DNA of 64,000 nt from Callorhinchus milii (taxonomy: Eukaryota). The position numbers and the translations under genes were made by a program. Of this stretch, positions 53,401-62,530 are shown piece after piece (position 1 is the stretch's first letter; every line of letters begins with the position of its first letter). Where the stretch lies: assembly GCF_018977255.1 (NCBI RefSeq), contig NW_024704743.1:53694001-53758000 (forward strand), given 5' to 3'. Below the pieces are notes generated by a model. The model was given only the letters and a program-made list of their open reading frames with translations, searched no databases and was not told the origin of the DNA.

Positions 53401-54180
53401 ATTTGATATAGCACTTTTTCATGTCTTTGACACGTCTCAAAGTGCTTCACAGAATAACCTGTAAAGTGAATTGACTATATATTGTGGGCGAAATGTGGCA
53501 GCCAATTGCGCACAGCAGTCCCACAAACAGTCGAGGATTTCTTAGTATTGATTGACTGGAAGCTCAAAGAAGTTAGAGAAGGAATGGTGTTAAAATGTTG
53601 ATTTGAAACACCCTCTCTCGACTTCTGAACAAATGCAATTCAAAAGCCTTAGGCATCGTCTTGGATTCCAGCTTAGTGAAGATCATTTTCAAACAGTGTG
53701 AGTTTATTCAGGGGATACTGGTATAACTCAACCAAGGCTTGAGAGGTTGATTTCCTTGCTCGCAAACAGCTATCGGTGAAATCATTGGCCAGCTTAAAAA
53801 TGAAGAACAGAACATTTTTAGGAGTACCACAATTTTGGCACCATAGATCTACTCCAATTCCTGAACACATATGACTCACTTGTTTCTTGTACCGCATGCC
53901 AAGTATGGGGCCTGAACACAGTTTTAAAATAATTTTCACTTCAATCTTTAAGTCTATGCATTATAGATATGATAAATCTAACTGCTCTGCCTTATCTTTT
54001 CTCTTTTTTAGCAACGGGAAAGCAACAGAATTTTCAGGACGAAGATGCTTATTACCAGTTTTCGAGGGATGAATGTGATGTCCCTGCCTGCCCTTTTGGA
54101 AAGGAGGAAGAGTGGAAAAACGGTGTGAGACTTCTTGCTCACATGGTCCCTTATGTCCAGTCCAGGACAACAATGTTAAC
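32322..54180 (+). CDS. RAPGEF5: RAPGEF5-family Rap guanine nucleotide exchange factor with DEP domain, 5' part of gene. Join 32322-32495, 44306(or 44303)-44359, 46407-46513, 50243-50364, 54012-54180; continues downstream. Orthology (RAPGEF5 vs RAPGEFL1 or another paralogue) is uncertain.
   Basis: Five exons with GT-AG boundaries splice in frame. Recognisable RAPGEF5 motifs: RIKDLPSLLKNGFNFRKK, IYSETIYCAGRALRD, RSCVGFEMVDWL, WQILLELGILS, FQDEDAYYQFSRDEC, EEEWKNGVRLL. Exon lengths 107/122/169 match my recollection of human RAPGEF5 exons 3-5. Confidence 0.85.
35645..35948 (+). mobile_element. 5'-truncated SINE with duplicated tail
   Basis: Body, tail, (TTA)n, then a second partial tail. Confidence 0.85.
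38537..38828 (-). mobile_element. tRNA-derived SINE (short variant)
   Basis: Head, body and tail; flanking direct repeat tgttctaacatt at 38525-38536 and 38844-38855. Confidence 0.9.
39388..40233 (+). mobile_element. L2 LINE 3' fragment
   Basis: [18 protein letters not shown]...LHWFPITQRI; tail aaatgtaattttgttgtt. Confidence 0.92.
40486..40626 (-). mobile_element. Short Penelope-like element (terminal repeat fragment) carrying a hammerhead motif
   Basis: Flanked by TSD tgttctcttgta (40474-40485 and 40632-40643); shares body sequence with three other copies in the window. Confidence 0.75.
40586..40622 (-). ncRNA. Minimal type I hammerhead ribozyme motif (Penelope-associated), core intact
   Basis: Minus strand reads AGTT-CTGATGA-A-GGGTC gtg GACCC-GAAA-C-GTT-GACT: catalytic core, 5-bp stem II, palindromic AACGTT stem III, 4-bp stem I. 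Confidence 0.75.
42225..42560 (+). mobile_element. L2 LINE 3' fragment
   Basis: Similar to the L2 3' end of other copies. Confidence 0.75.
42955..43180 (+). mobile_element. Degraded CR1 LINE fragment
   Basis: FFTHRVIRIW motif. Confidence 0.55.
43527..43649. repeat. Long imperfect hairpin formed by two inverted CR1-like 3' ends
   Basis: 47-nt arms at 43537-43583 and 43591-43637 with a 7-nt loop. Confidence 0.8.
44306..44359 (+). CDS. RAPGEF5: RAPGEF5-like coding exon 2 (MASSEKNAESHPSNSNRK); alternative acceptor 44303 adds Q
   Basis: Pyrimidine tract plus tandem cagcag acceptor, strong donor AAG|gtaagg, phase 0-0, size close to the roughly 51 nt exon 2 I recall for RAPGEF5. The peptide itself is not conserved. 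Confidence 0.6.
44806..45200 (-). repeat. Unclassified interspersed repeat, family X copy 3
   Basis: Reverse complement aligns with copies 1 and 2. Confidence 0.8.
45788..46285 (-). mobile_element. L2 LINE 3' fragment
   Basis: Near-identical to the 54236-54999 family; (CAA)n tail at 45788. Confidence 0.9.
46407..46513 (+). CDS. RAPGEF5: RAPGEF5-like coding exon 3 (IYSETIYCAGRALRDFFIILAPHLINDRVTSTGKYK)
   Basis: Acceptor cctctttcacag, donor AA|gtaagt, 107 nt, phase 0-2. Similar to RAPGEF5 IYGENSSCAGRALRNIIIVQAADLIKDRV. Confidence 0.92.
47680..48312 (-). mobile_element. CR1 LINE 3' fragments (nested)
   Basis: RSDLMEVFKMMRGFDRVNRETLFPL peptide; two CR1-type tails. Confidence 0.8.
48756..49760 (-). 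mobile_element. L2 LINE 3' fragment including the DDTQ RT motif
   Basis: DDTQ.YFS, LSDIKSWMRANFLQLNINKTE motifs; L2 tail. Confidence 0.92.
50243..50364 (+). CDS. RAPGEF5: RAPGEF5-like coding exon 4, DEP domain core (RSCVGFEMVDWLQDQCLFILNRANAESIWQILLELGILSS)
   Basis: Acceptor tctgctccgcag, donor TCAG|gtgatt, 122 nt, phase 2-1. DEP signature G-x-E-x-V-D-W-L ... W-Q-x-L-L-x-x-G-I. Confidence 0.93.
50700..51020 (+). mobile_element. Degraded CR1 LINE 3' fragment
   Basis: TRGHGF..., FFTQRIIND.NKLP remnants. Confidence 0.65.
51883..52088. mobile_element. MITE (possibly PIF/Harbinger type)
   Basis: TIRs ctgggtccagatttactc and gagtgaatctggacccag; internal palindromy (ccagaattt / aaattctgg). Confidence 0.75.
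52780..53080 (-). mobile_element. tRNA-derived SINE (short variant)
   Basis: Head, body and tail present. Confidence 0.9.
53380..53538 (-). mobile_element. SINE 3' fragment
   Basis: Body and tail only. Confidence 0.8.
54012..54180 (+). CDS. RAPGEF5: RAPGEF5-like coding exon 5, end of DEP domain (TGKQQNFQDEDAYYQFSRDECDVPACPFGKEEEWKNGVRLLAHMVPYVQSRTTML)
   Basis: Acceptor ttttctcttttttag, donor AC|gttagt, 169 nt, phase 1-2. Matches RAPGEF5 FQDTYVFYQFSSDEC...EEEWQNGVKLL. Confidence 0.92.
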
Positions 54181-54235
54181 GTTAGTGACTTTTATTCTTT
54201 TGTCTCATTTATTGTGTTTTTCTTAGTATTGTGGT

Positions 54236-54999
54236 TGAACCTCGGGGTTCTGTTCGACCCTGAGCTGTCCTTTTTTCCTCATATCTGCGCCACAACTGGC
54301 ACCGCCTTCCATCACCTCCGAAATATCACCAGACTACGGCACTACCTCACCCCTCACGCTGCTGAAACTCTGGGCCACGCCTTTATCACCTCAAGGCTGG
54401 ACTATGGGAACTCTTTCCTCGTCGGCCTTCCCGGCACCTCCCTCCACAAGCTGCAGGTCATTCAGAACTCTGCAGTTCGTGTACTGTCAAGCACCAGGCA
54501 TCGCGACCACATCACTCCCACCCTCGCTCGCCTCCACTGGCTCCCCATCCCCCAGAGGATCGAATTAAAGATCCTCATCCTCACCTACAAAGCCATTCAC
54601 GGCCTCGCTCCCTCCAACCTCTCTGACCTACTATCCCCCTACTTACCTGCCCGTACCCTCCGTTCCTCTGGCTCCGGTCTGCTCCACATTCCCCGCCCCA
54701 ACCGCCCTACCATCGGTGGTCGGGCCTTCAGCCTCTCAGCCCCGAGGCTCTGGAACTCCATCCCCAGTGCCTTCGCCTCCTCCTCCCTTTCCTCCTTCAA
54801 GGCCGGTCTCAAGACCTTTCTCTTTGACCGTGTCTTCAGCTCCCCTCTCGACTCTCTACCCCCTTCTCGCTCCCTCCCTTCCCTCCCCTCACCCTGACCA
54901 TTCCCCCCCTGTTCGGGTCATGACCCAACTGTGCAGCGCCATGGGACGTCCTCCCGACGTGAAAAGCGCTCTATAAATGAAATCTTGTTGTTGTTGTTG
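54236..54999 (+). mobile_element. Young L2 LINE 3' fragment just downstream of exon 5
   Basis: About 220 aa of uninterrupted L2 ORF2 C-terminus ([12 protein letters not shown]...[10 protein letters not shown]); (TTG)n tail. Confidence 0.93.
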
Positions 55000-55436
55000 A
55001 TCCCAGGGCGTTGGACCCAATTAAAAAAAACAGCTCTGTGCTATGATGGGAGATTGGTAGGGTAAGGTATTCTGGAAGAATGAGATCAAATGTGCTTTCT
55101 TCATCCAAACTAATCTTGTTAAAATATCTGTGCTGTACGTTAGGACAGAATGCACAAGTTTTGGTGTTGTGACCTGCCTGGCACCAATCCTTTACCAGAT
55201 CTGTTCTTCTATACGATCATTCCTATTTTCTGTGTCAGAGGATTTATCTTTCAGAGAGCCAGCCCAAGCACGATCAGCTGAATAGTCTCTTTTGATTCTG
55301 GAACACTGAGTGAATCTATGGAAAGGCATGAGGTGGGGCTTTGTGGCAGTAAAGGCTGTAATAATTCCTCATGCTGTGAAATGTTAATCTTAGTGCAGGT
55401 TCTCTGGAGGATACACTCCGTCTAATTGATATATTT

Positions 55437-55437
<1 letters not shown>

Positions 55438-55472
<35 letters not shown>
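55438..55472. repeat. (GA)n microsatellite
   Basis: About 17 GA units. Confidence 0.95.
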
Positions 55473-55478
<6 letters not shown>

Positions 55479-55502
55479 GGAGAAAATTCAAAAGCTAATG
55501 CT

Positions 55503-56323
55503 ACAACAACAACAACATCAAGATTCCATTTATAAAGCGCCTTTCACGTCGGGAGGACGTCCCAAGGCGCTGCACAGTTGGGTCAGGGCCCGAGCAGGGG
55601 GGAAATGGTCAGGGTGAGGGGAGTGAAGGGAGGGAGCGAGGAGGGGGTAGAAAGTCGAGAGGGGAGCTGAAGGCACAGTCAAAGAGAAAGGTCTTGAGAC
55701 CGGCCTTGAAGGAGGAAAGGGAGGAGGCGGCGAAGGCACTGGGGGATGGAGTTCCAGAGCCTGGGGCTGAGAGGCTGAAGGCCCGGCCACCGATGGTAGG
55801 GCGGTTGGGGCGGGGAATGTGGAGCAGACCGGAGCCAGAGGAACGGAGGCTACGGGCAGGTAAGTAGGGGGATAGTAGGTCAGAGAGGTAGGAGGGAGCA
55901 AGGCCGTGAATGGGCTTGTAGGTGAGGGTGAGGATCTTGAATTCGATCCTCTGGGGGATGGGAAGCCAGTGGAGGCGAGCGAGGGTGGGAGTGATGTGGT
56001 CCCGAAGCCTGGTGCGGGACAGTACACGAGCTGCAGAGTTCTGAATGACCTGCAGCTTGTGGAGGGAGGTGCCGGGAAGGCCGGCGAGGAGAGAGTTCCC
56101 ATAGTCCAGCCTTGAGGTGATAAAGGCGTGGACCAGAGTTTCAGCAGCGTGAGGGGTGAGGTAGTGCCGTAGTCTGGCGATGTTCCGGAGGTGATGGAAG
56201 GCGGTGCCAGTTGTGTGCGGATGTGAGGGAGAAAGGACAGCTCAGGGTCGAACAAAACGCCGAGGTTCCTGACTGACTTTGAGAGGTGGAGAGTGCAGCC
56301 TTGGATGCTGATGCTGTCAGCGC
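55503..56323 (-). mobile_element. Young L2 LINE 3' fragment
   Basis: Near-identical reverse complement of 54236-54999. Confidence 0.93.
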
Positions 56324-56407
56324 TAGGACTAATGCCAGGGCAAGATAATAGCTATTCAGTTCAGATGTGGATTATACAGTTACTTAGTTAAGAATGAAGG
56401 TCCAAAA

Positions 56408-57000
56408 ACAACAACAACAGCTTGGATTTATATAGCGCCCTCCATGCCAGATGGCGTCTCAGAGCGCTTCACAGTAATGAATCCCGGGGCCGAGCCAGGG
56501 GGAGGGGGAGGAAGGTGACCAAACGTGCGGAAAAGAAAGGTCTTCAGCAGAGACCTAAAAATAGAAAGAGAGGGAGCGAGACGAAGGGAGTGAGGAAGGG
56601 AGTTCCAGAGCCTTGGGGCAAAGTGGCTGAAGGCACGGCCGCCGAGGGTGGAGTGGAGGACCCGGGGGACAAGGAGGAGGCCAGACCCAGATGAACGAAG
56701 GCAATGGGCACTGTTTTGAGGAGAGAAGAGGTCAGAGAGGTAGGGGAGTGGAGGGATTTGAAGACAAGGGTGAGGATCTTGAAGTCGATCCTCTCTGGGA
56801 CAGGCAGCCAGTGCAGTCTGGTAAGGACTGGGTTGATTGGGGAGCGGAGTATGGTGTGGGTGAGAATGCGGGCGGCAGAGTTTTGAAAAATCTAGATTTT
56901 GTGGATGGTAGTGGAGGGGAGGCTGTCGAGGAGGGCGTTAGAATAGTCCAGCTGAGAGGTGACAAAGGCATGGACCAGGGTTTCAGCGGCTTTCGGGTAG
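56408..57000 (-). mobile_element. L2 LINE 3' fragment (another subfamily)
   Basis: L2 C-terminal motifs and (TTG)n tail on the minus strand. Confidence 0.85.
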
Positions 57001-57351
57001 AGCTATTTGCGGTCCATAGGTTGTGTTCTCAATATTCGGAGTTCAGCCTTCTGATTGCAATACAGTGGTGACCACAGTGGTTACAAATCATAATTTATGT
57101 TTGATTATAGATTTTTTAAAAAAAACATTTTGAGACTTTTTNGTATTTCTTAATTAAGAAATGTAGAAGTCTATGACTGATACGGTGAAAATTCCAACTC
57201 CAAATCAATTAGTTTTGGTAGTGAGGTTTCCTAGAGTCACGTACAGAATGAACTTCCAGGCATTGGAAGAAATCAGACCACACTAAGAAATCCATTTCTT
57301 AATCAAGAATTAATTTAAGAAATATTATAAAATTGACCTATTGTCTGTGAG

Positions 57352-57493
57352 AGACAAAGTTGAACAAGCCTGCAAACAGACTGTAAACCAGCAGTGCCAT
57401 TCAGTCAATGATGCTGAGATTATGTATTGCAAAGGGATCCCTTCTAAAATGTTTCCAGATGACTTGGAACAGCTTAACAACTTAACAATAATG
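57352..57493 (+). CDS. Candidate exon 6 (DKVEQACKQ...FPDDLEQLNNLTIM); 5' boundary uncertain
   Basis: Open frame in the required phase 2-0 with donor ATG|gtatga; the end loosely resembles RAPGEF5 DEILVRLTSA. The only phase-compatible acceptor is a weak GAG. Confidence 0.3.
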
Positions 57494-57675
57494 GTATGAC
57501 ATTTTCTGCATAGATATGCTCAGCGAGCAAAAGGTCAGACTAATATTTTACTTTTAAATAGGGAAAACTATTTATCACTTTATGATAATATGTGGAGTGT
57601 GTGTTAGGAAATAAAATAGTACTGATAGGAGAGCTTTAATCAACTCAACCCAAACTGGGCATGGGATCTTTCATG

Positions 57676-57824
57676 AACAAAACACAAAATACTGCAGATG
57701 CTGGAATCTGAAGAAACTTCATCACTTCTGATGAAGGGTCATGGACCCAAAATGTTGACTCACTTTCCTTTCTCCATAGATGCTGCCTGACCTACTGAGT
57801 GTTCCCAGCTCTCTCTATTTTTGT
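57676..57824 (+). mobile_element. Penelope-like fragment with short inverted 5' segment and decayed hammerhead
   Basis: Perfect 16-bp TSD catgggatctttcatg (57660-57675 and 57825-57840); motif reads ctgatgaagggtcatggacccaaaatgttgact; 57676-57712 is the element's 3' end inverted. Confidence 0.75.
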
Positions 57825-60800
57825 CATGGGATCTTTCATGTTCACCTGAACAGACAGATATACTCATGAGTCAACAACAAAAGCTTGCTTTTATATAGGG
57901 CCCTCGTTTTTACAGTAACAACTTTGAGCACTTTACAGCGACAATGATGTGAGGGAGAGCAGCAGGTGGCCTTAGGCGCTTTGGAAGATACATCATAAAT
58001 GTACAATGCAATTATGCAAATCTCTGTGCAATGCCAAGAGACTAAAGTTTCCAACAATTGTCCAGATTAAACCAGTCATTCATTTACAAGGGTATTTGTG
58101 GGACATTGCTGTACATAAATTGGCCTTTGCATGTGCCTACAAAATAGTCACTACAAATCCTGTGAAGCGCTTTGAGACATCTCAACGAAGTGATAAAGCA
58201 CTATATCAAATACAAGGATTATTATTATGTGGAGGCTCAGTGATTGATGTAACCCTCCTTTTCGCAGACTATTTGAATAAATTTTACATGGAATCGAATT
58301 CAGTTAGGTTACTGCAGGGCATAATAATTCATTGTCCAGACAAGGACTGAAATTAGGTCATGCAAATTACCCTTTGGTTTGAATATTTGTTCAGCATGAC
58401 CGGGAAAAAGGCACCTTCATTATCATTAATCATATACTTTAATTCTGTTTGATTCATTCAGAATATTACACATATCCTATGACTTTGTCTTATTGCATTT
58501 CTGCATTATTTGTGGAATGGGAGGATGGATTACAATCTCGGGATGAAAATTGCAGTGTGTTGTGTCCCTGTGTGGCATTCTATTCCTGGAGATGTCCCAG
58601 TCCACAGCTACCACAAGGGAACACTCCTGACATTGTTCAAATGGTTTAACCCAAAGCTGCTTGTTGTGACCATGAGCCAGCCAGCTATATTCATCCCAGT
58701 ATTTGTGTGATTTGGGAATTCTGGTTTAACTCAACTTCCCCCTATTCTCCTCTTCTCCCATACTCTTTCTTTCCTTGTTACATGCACAGATTCACACATC
58801 AAACCTTATATAATCATTACTGGTCCTGATCTTCACCAACTGAGATAGTCAGTGCGTCCACATTACACTAGATTACAAGGCACAGAACAAAATCTACACT
58901 TTTTCCTAAATTAGAATGAATACACCTGCTGCCTCCATTTTAATGTAGTGAATGAATGTAGTGTGATTCATTACATTCCTACAGCTAAACAGCATTACTA
59001 TTAGCTCTGCATTTATCAGTGTGTATGTGGATTTATGTGCATGTGGGTTGGGGTGTGGGGGGGGAGAGATCAGAGAATCGAGTAAAGTATTTTTACTGCT
59101 GTGGACTTTCACTGCTTCCTCTGTTCTTGTCTTCTCACTGAGTGCGATCTGCAATATATCAAAACTAGCAGTATCCGAGCTACCCAGTGATGCCTTTTAC
59201 AGTTCATGATCCTATAGGGTAGCCATGCATAAACTATCATGGATGATTGTTACATGACAAGAGAGCAACAAATATTGCAGTAATGTGATATAATGCCATA
59301 ATATTTATCTAGTGCAGAAGATGTTCAATGATATAAATGTTCCAAAGAAATATCCCTCTCCAGTAATTAATTTGTGCTTCATTTATTGTCAGCAGTAAGT
59401 TATTCCAGTTTTATCTCAGTACTTCAGAACAATTATCCTCCTCCGGACCTCAGGGGTGTAATGAATACCAGAATTCACACCCGAGAGACAGCGTCTTGCC
59501 ATGTCCTTCTCCTCCTTTGTATAGAGTCCTCTGGCCGCACTTCTCAGCAGATCCTCACAAAGCTCCATGACCTCATTAATCAGTGTTCACTGAGCCAGCG
59601 ATCTGTTATCATCTTTCATTCTCTTGTATTTTCTGACTATAAGTGTAATAATTAACATTGATAGAGTCATCAGATCCCTGAGAGTCAAATGCCAGTATTA
59701 CATAAAATTACATAGAAAGGTACAGCATGGAAACAGATCATTTGGCCCAACTAGTCCATGTTGCTGTTTATACTCCACATGAGTTTCTACCCCTTAATCA
59801 CCATTCCCTTCTCCCTCGTGTATCCAGTAGTTTCAGTTTCAAATTTCTCTTGCTTCTTACTATTTGAAAGTGACACTTGGTGTGTGGGCCAACAATCCCC
59901 CAAATAAAACTGGTCTGTTTCTCCATGTGTGCCTACAAAATACACAGTTGCTACATTTTACAGTATACTCTGAAGTACTTTGAGACAGCTTTCAGATGTA
60001 AAAGGCACTACATCAAATGCAAGGATTCATATTATTTATATTGCTGGCAATTTTACATTGAGTTTAAGCAGATGCATTTCATCGGGGACTGGTGTTTCTG
60101 AAATGGGCATCAGTTCAGTGAAATGCATGGGCACTGAACTGGTACTATAATACCTCCAGCATGAAGGAAAATGTCTCTTAACAACACTTCTATAGTGTGG
60201 TTCTCAGTTTGGTCATCATGCCCTGAACTGAGCGTAATATCAAAGGGACTGAAAGTATAGACACTTTTAAATTCAAACGTTTTAAGGAGTTTACTGGCAG
60301 TAGTCACTTTGCTCATGCAGACACACACACATACAGAAAGCACTTCACCGAGAAAAAGTCAAAAGAGAAAACAGAAACCACCATGGAGGGGACTAATATG
60401 GTCATAAAGAATCATTGTAAATGGATGATGTTGACAAAACAAACATCCATATCAAGATTGCCAGTAGTTAAATCTGTCTGTTGCAACCAAAACAAATACA
60501 CTTGTCACATGACCCCATCCTGCTGTTAATTCTGGTCAGGAAGCCCTGAACAAATTGTAATGGAGAAGGCAGGAACTGGGTAAGTCTAGGTATTTAAAAA
60601 GATGCTTTCATTCCCCCCACCTCACATGTATTGTTCGGCAGATTACGTTTTGTTACCTTCTCCACTCCAGCATGGGAGTGGAGCCGCTCTGTAGATCTTT
60701 TGCACAGTCATTGTCAGTGCCACTTTTCATTAATCTATAAAGATCAGAGAGTATGGATTTCCTCTCCTCCCAACCAGGCGGCATCACTCTCACCTTATTT

Positions 60801-61417
60801 AAACACACTGCTGAAGCATACTGTTGAAAGTCACGTTGCCTAGGCCGTTTGTCCTTGAGGAGCGCATTGTCCTTCAACTCACTCAAAATTCTGTGGAAAT
60901 CAGGCTTTTAGTAACTGCAAAGGAAATTAGGGCTTTTATTTGTAAATGTGAAACAAATTGTTATGAACGGTTACAGTAGGCAGGTATACATAGTCTCCAT
61001 AACAATAATTACCATGCTTCAGAGTAACTCATAGGGTAAAGCAACAACAACGTGCATTTATATAACGCCCTTCAAGCTGGATGACATCTTGGAGCGCTTA
61101 TGAGTGCTGTGCTTTTGAGACATTTTGACATCAGGTGCTATATTAAATGCCAGCCTTATTTATTTTATTATTTAATGTGACTTTTATGACAGCAAATTGA
61201 AAGCAAACTTGTCCATTCCTCTTTGACTGTTGTCGTTTTTAACCCTTTGAGTGCTGTAAAAATACTATGAACTCAGTAAACTATCTCTTTGAGTGTGTCA
61301 TTGATCACCTCTCCCTCCTCTTTCTCACTTGCTCGGCCTCCAACCCCACCATGTGCTGCACTTCAGGGTACTATCCTGTGACAAGTTGGTATCATTGTAA
61401 TATCTTTCAACAATCAG

Positions 61418-61465
61418 GTCCAAAATGCGACAAAATTGAATGGAATTCGTTAATAAAGAAAACCT
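61418..61465 (+). CDS. Candidate small downstream exon (48 nt)
   Basis: Acceptor ctttcaacaatcag and strong donor |gtaagg. Open only in phase 1-1 (PKCDKIEWNSLIKKT), which does not join candidate exon 6 directly. Confidence 0.2.
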
Positions 61466-61648
61466 GTAAGGATATCCTACAGACTCGCAGGAATGCTGCT
61501 CTGAAGTGCACTACTTTCAGAGTGGAATTCCTATGTGTTTACTAGTTACAGAAAGGAATCCCCAGAGTGCTACAATCTGAGCCAGACTGACACCTGTAAT
61601 ACCATGCTACTTATCACCAATTGCGACACTTAAGTGTCTAGAGTTAGA

Positions 61649-62485
61649 ATGTCAGCCTGGCTCAGTTGGTAGCGCTCTTGCCTTTGAATCAGAAGTTTAT
61701 TGACTAACCTCCTCACCTTCAAAGCCCTTCCTGGTCTTGCTTCCCCCTACCTCTGCGACCGCCTAACCCCCTACCATCCTACCCGCTCCCGCTGCTCAGC
61801 GGGCTCCAGCCTGCTTCACATCCCCTACCTTGCCTGCACCACCATTGGCAGGTGGACCTTCTGCCACTCAGGCTCCACCCTCTGGAACTCCATTCCACAG
61901 TCCCTCCACCTTGCCCCCTCCCTTGCTTCCTTCAAGACCCATCTCAAGACCCTCCTCTTCGACCGTGCTTTCAATCACCCTGCTTCCCTCCCCTGACCCC
62001 CACCCTCCCCAATCTCGACCCTCAGCTCGGGTCCGAAACTCTGATTGTCCAGCACCTTGGGACGTCCTCCCGACATGAAAGGCGCTATACAAATGGCATT
62101 TTATTGTTGTTGTTATTGTTGTTATTGGTTCAAGCCCTATGTTGGAACTTTGAACTATGTAGTCTAGGTTGACAATCTAATATACTGCTGGGGGGAAGTG
62201 GTGCATTGTTAGTGGTGCTGTTCTTTGGATGAGATGTTAAGCTGAGGTGCCGACTGCCTGTTCAGGTGGATGTTAAAGAAGGAAGTTTCTTCTGGTGTCT
62301 AGGTCAACAATTCCCCAATATTCATTCACCTCATGATTGATTGTAGGACATTGTTGTGTGTAAATTGGCTGTTGTGTTTGCCTCTGCAGTCATCAGTTTA
62401 CATGTTATAGTATATCCCATGAAGTCCTTTGAGGTATGCTTTGGATGTGACAGGCACTATATCAAATACAAGGATTATTACTATT
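61649..62485 (+). mobile_element. DeuSINE (SacSINE1-like) split by an L2 insertion
   Basis: Head at 61649-61700, Deu-like domain at 62213-62330, tail to 62485. Confidence 0.7.
61703..62126 (+). mobile_element. L2 LINE 3' fragment inserted into the head of a DeuSINE
   Basis: LLTFKALPGLASPYL...FKTHLKTLLF; splits the SINE head between tcagaag and ggttcaagccc. Confidence 0.88.
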
Positions 62486-62530
62486 GATTCTCCTATGTAA
62501 AAGACACATAAAGTTCCACAAAAAACTGTT

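Noticed and set aside
54112..54897. 261-aa ORF as a host gene or exon-L2 fusion
   Set aside because: It is the L2 ORF2 C-terminus in a different frame from exon 5.
59410..59590. Possible exon on either strand
   Set aside because: The phase-compatible plus-strand frame hits a stop; the minus-strand frame has no recognisable homology.
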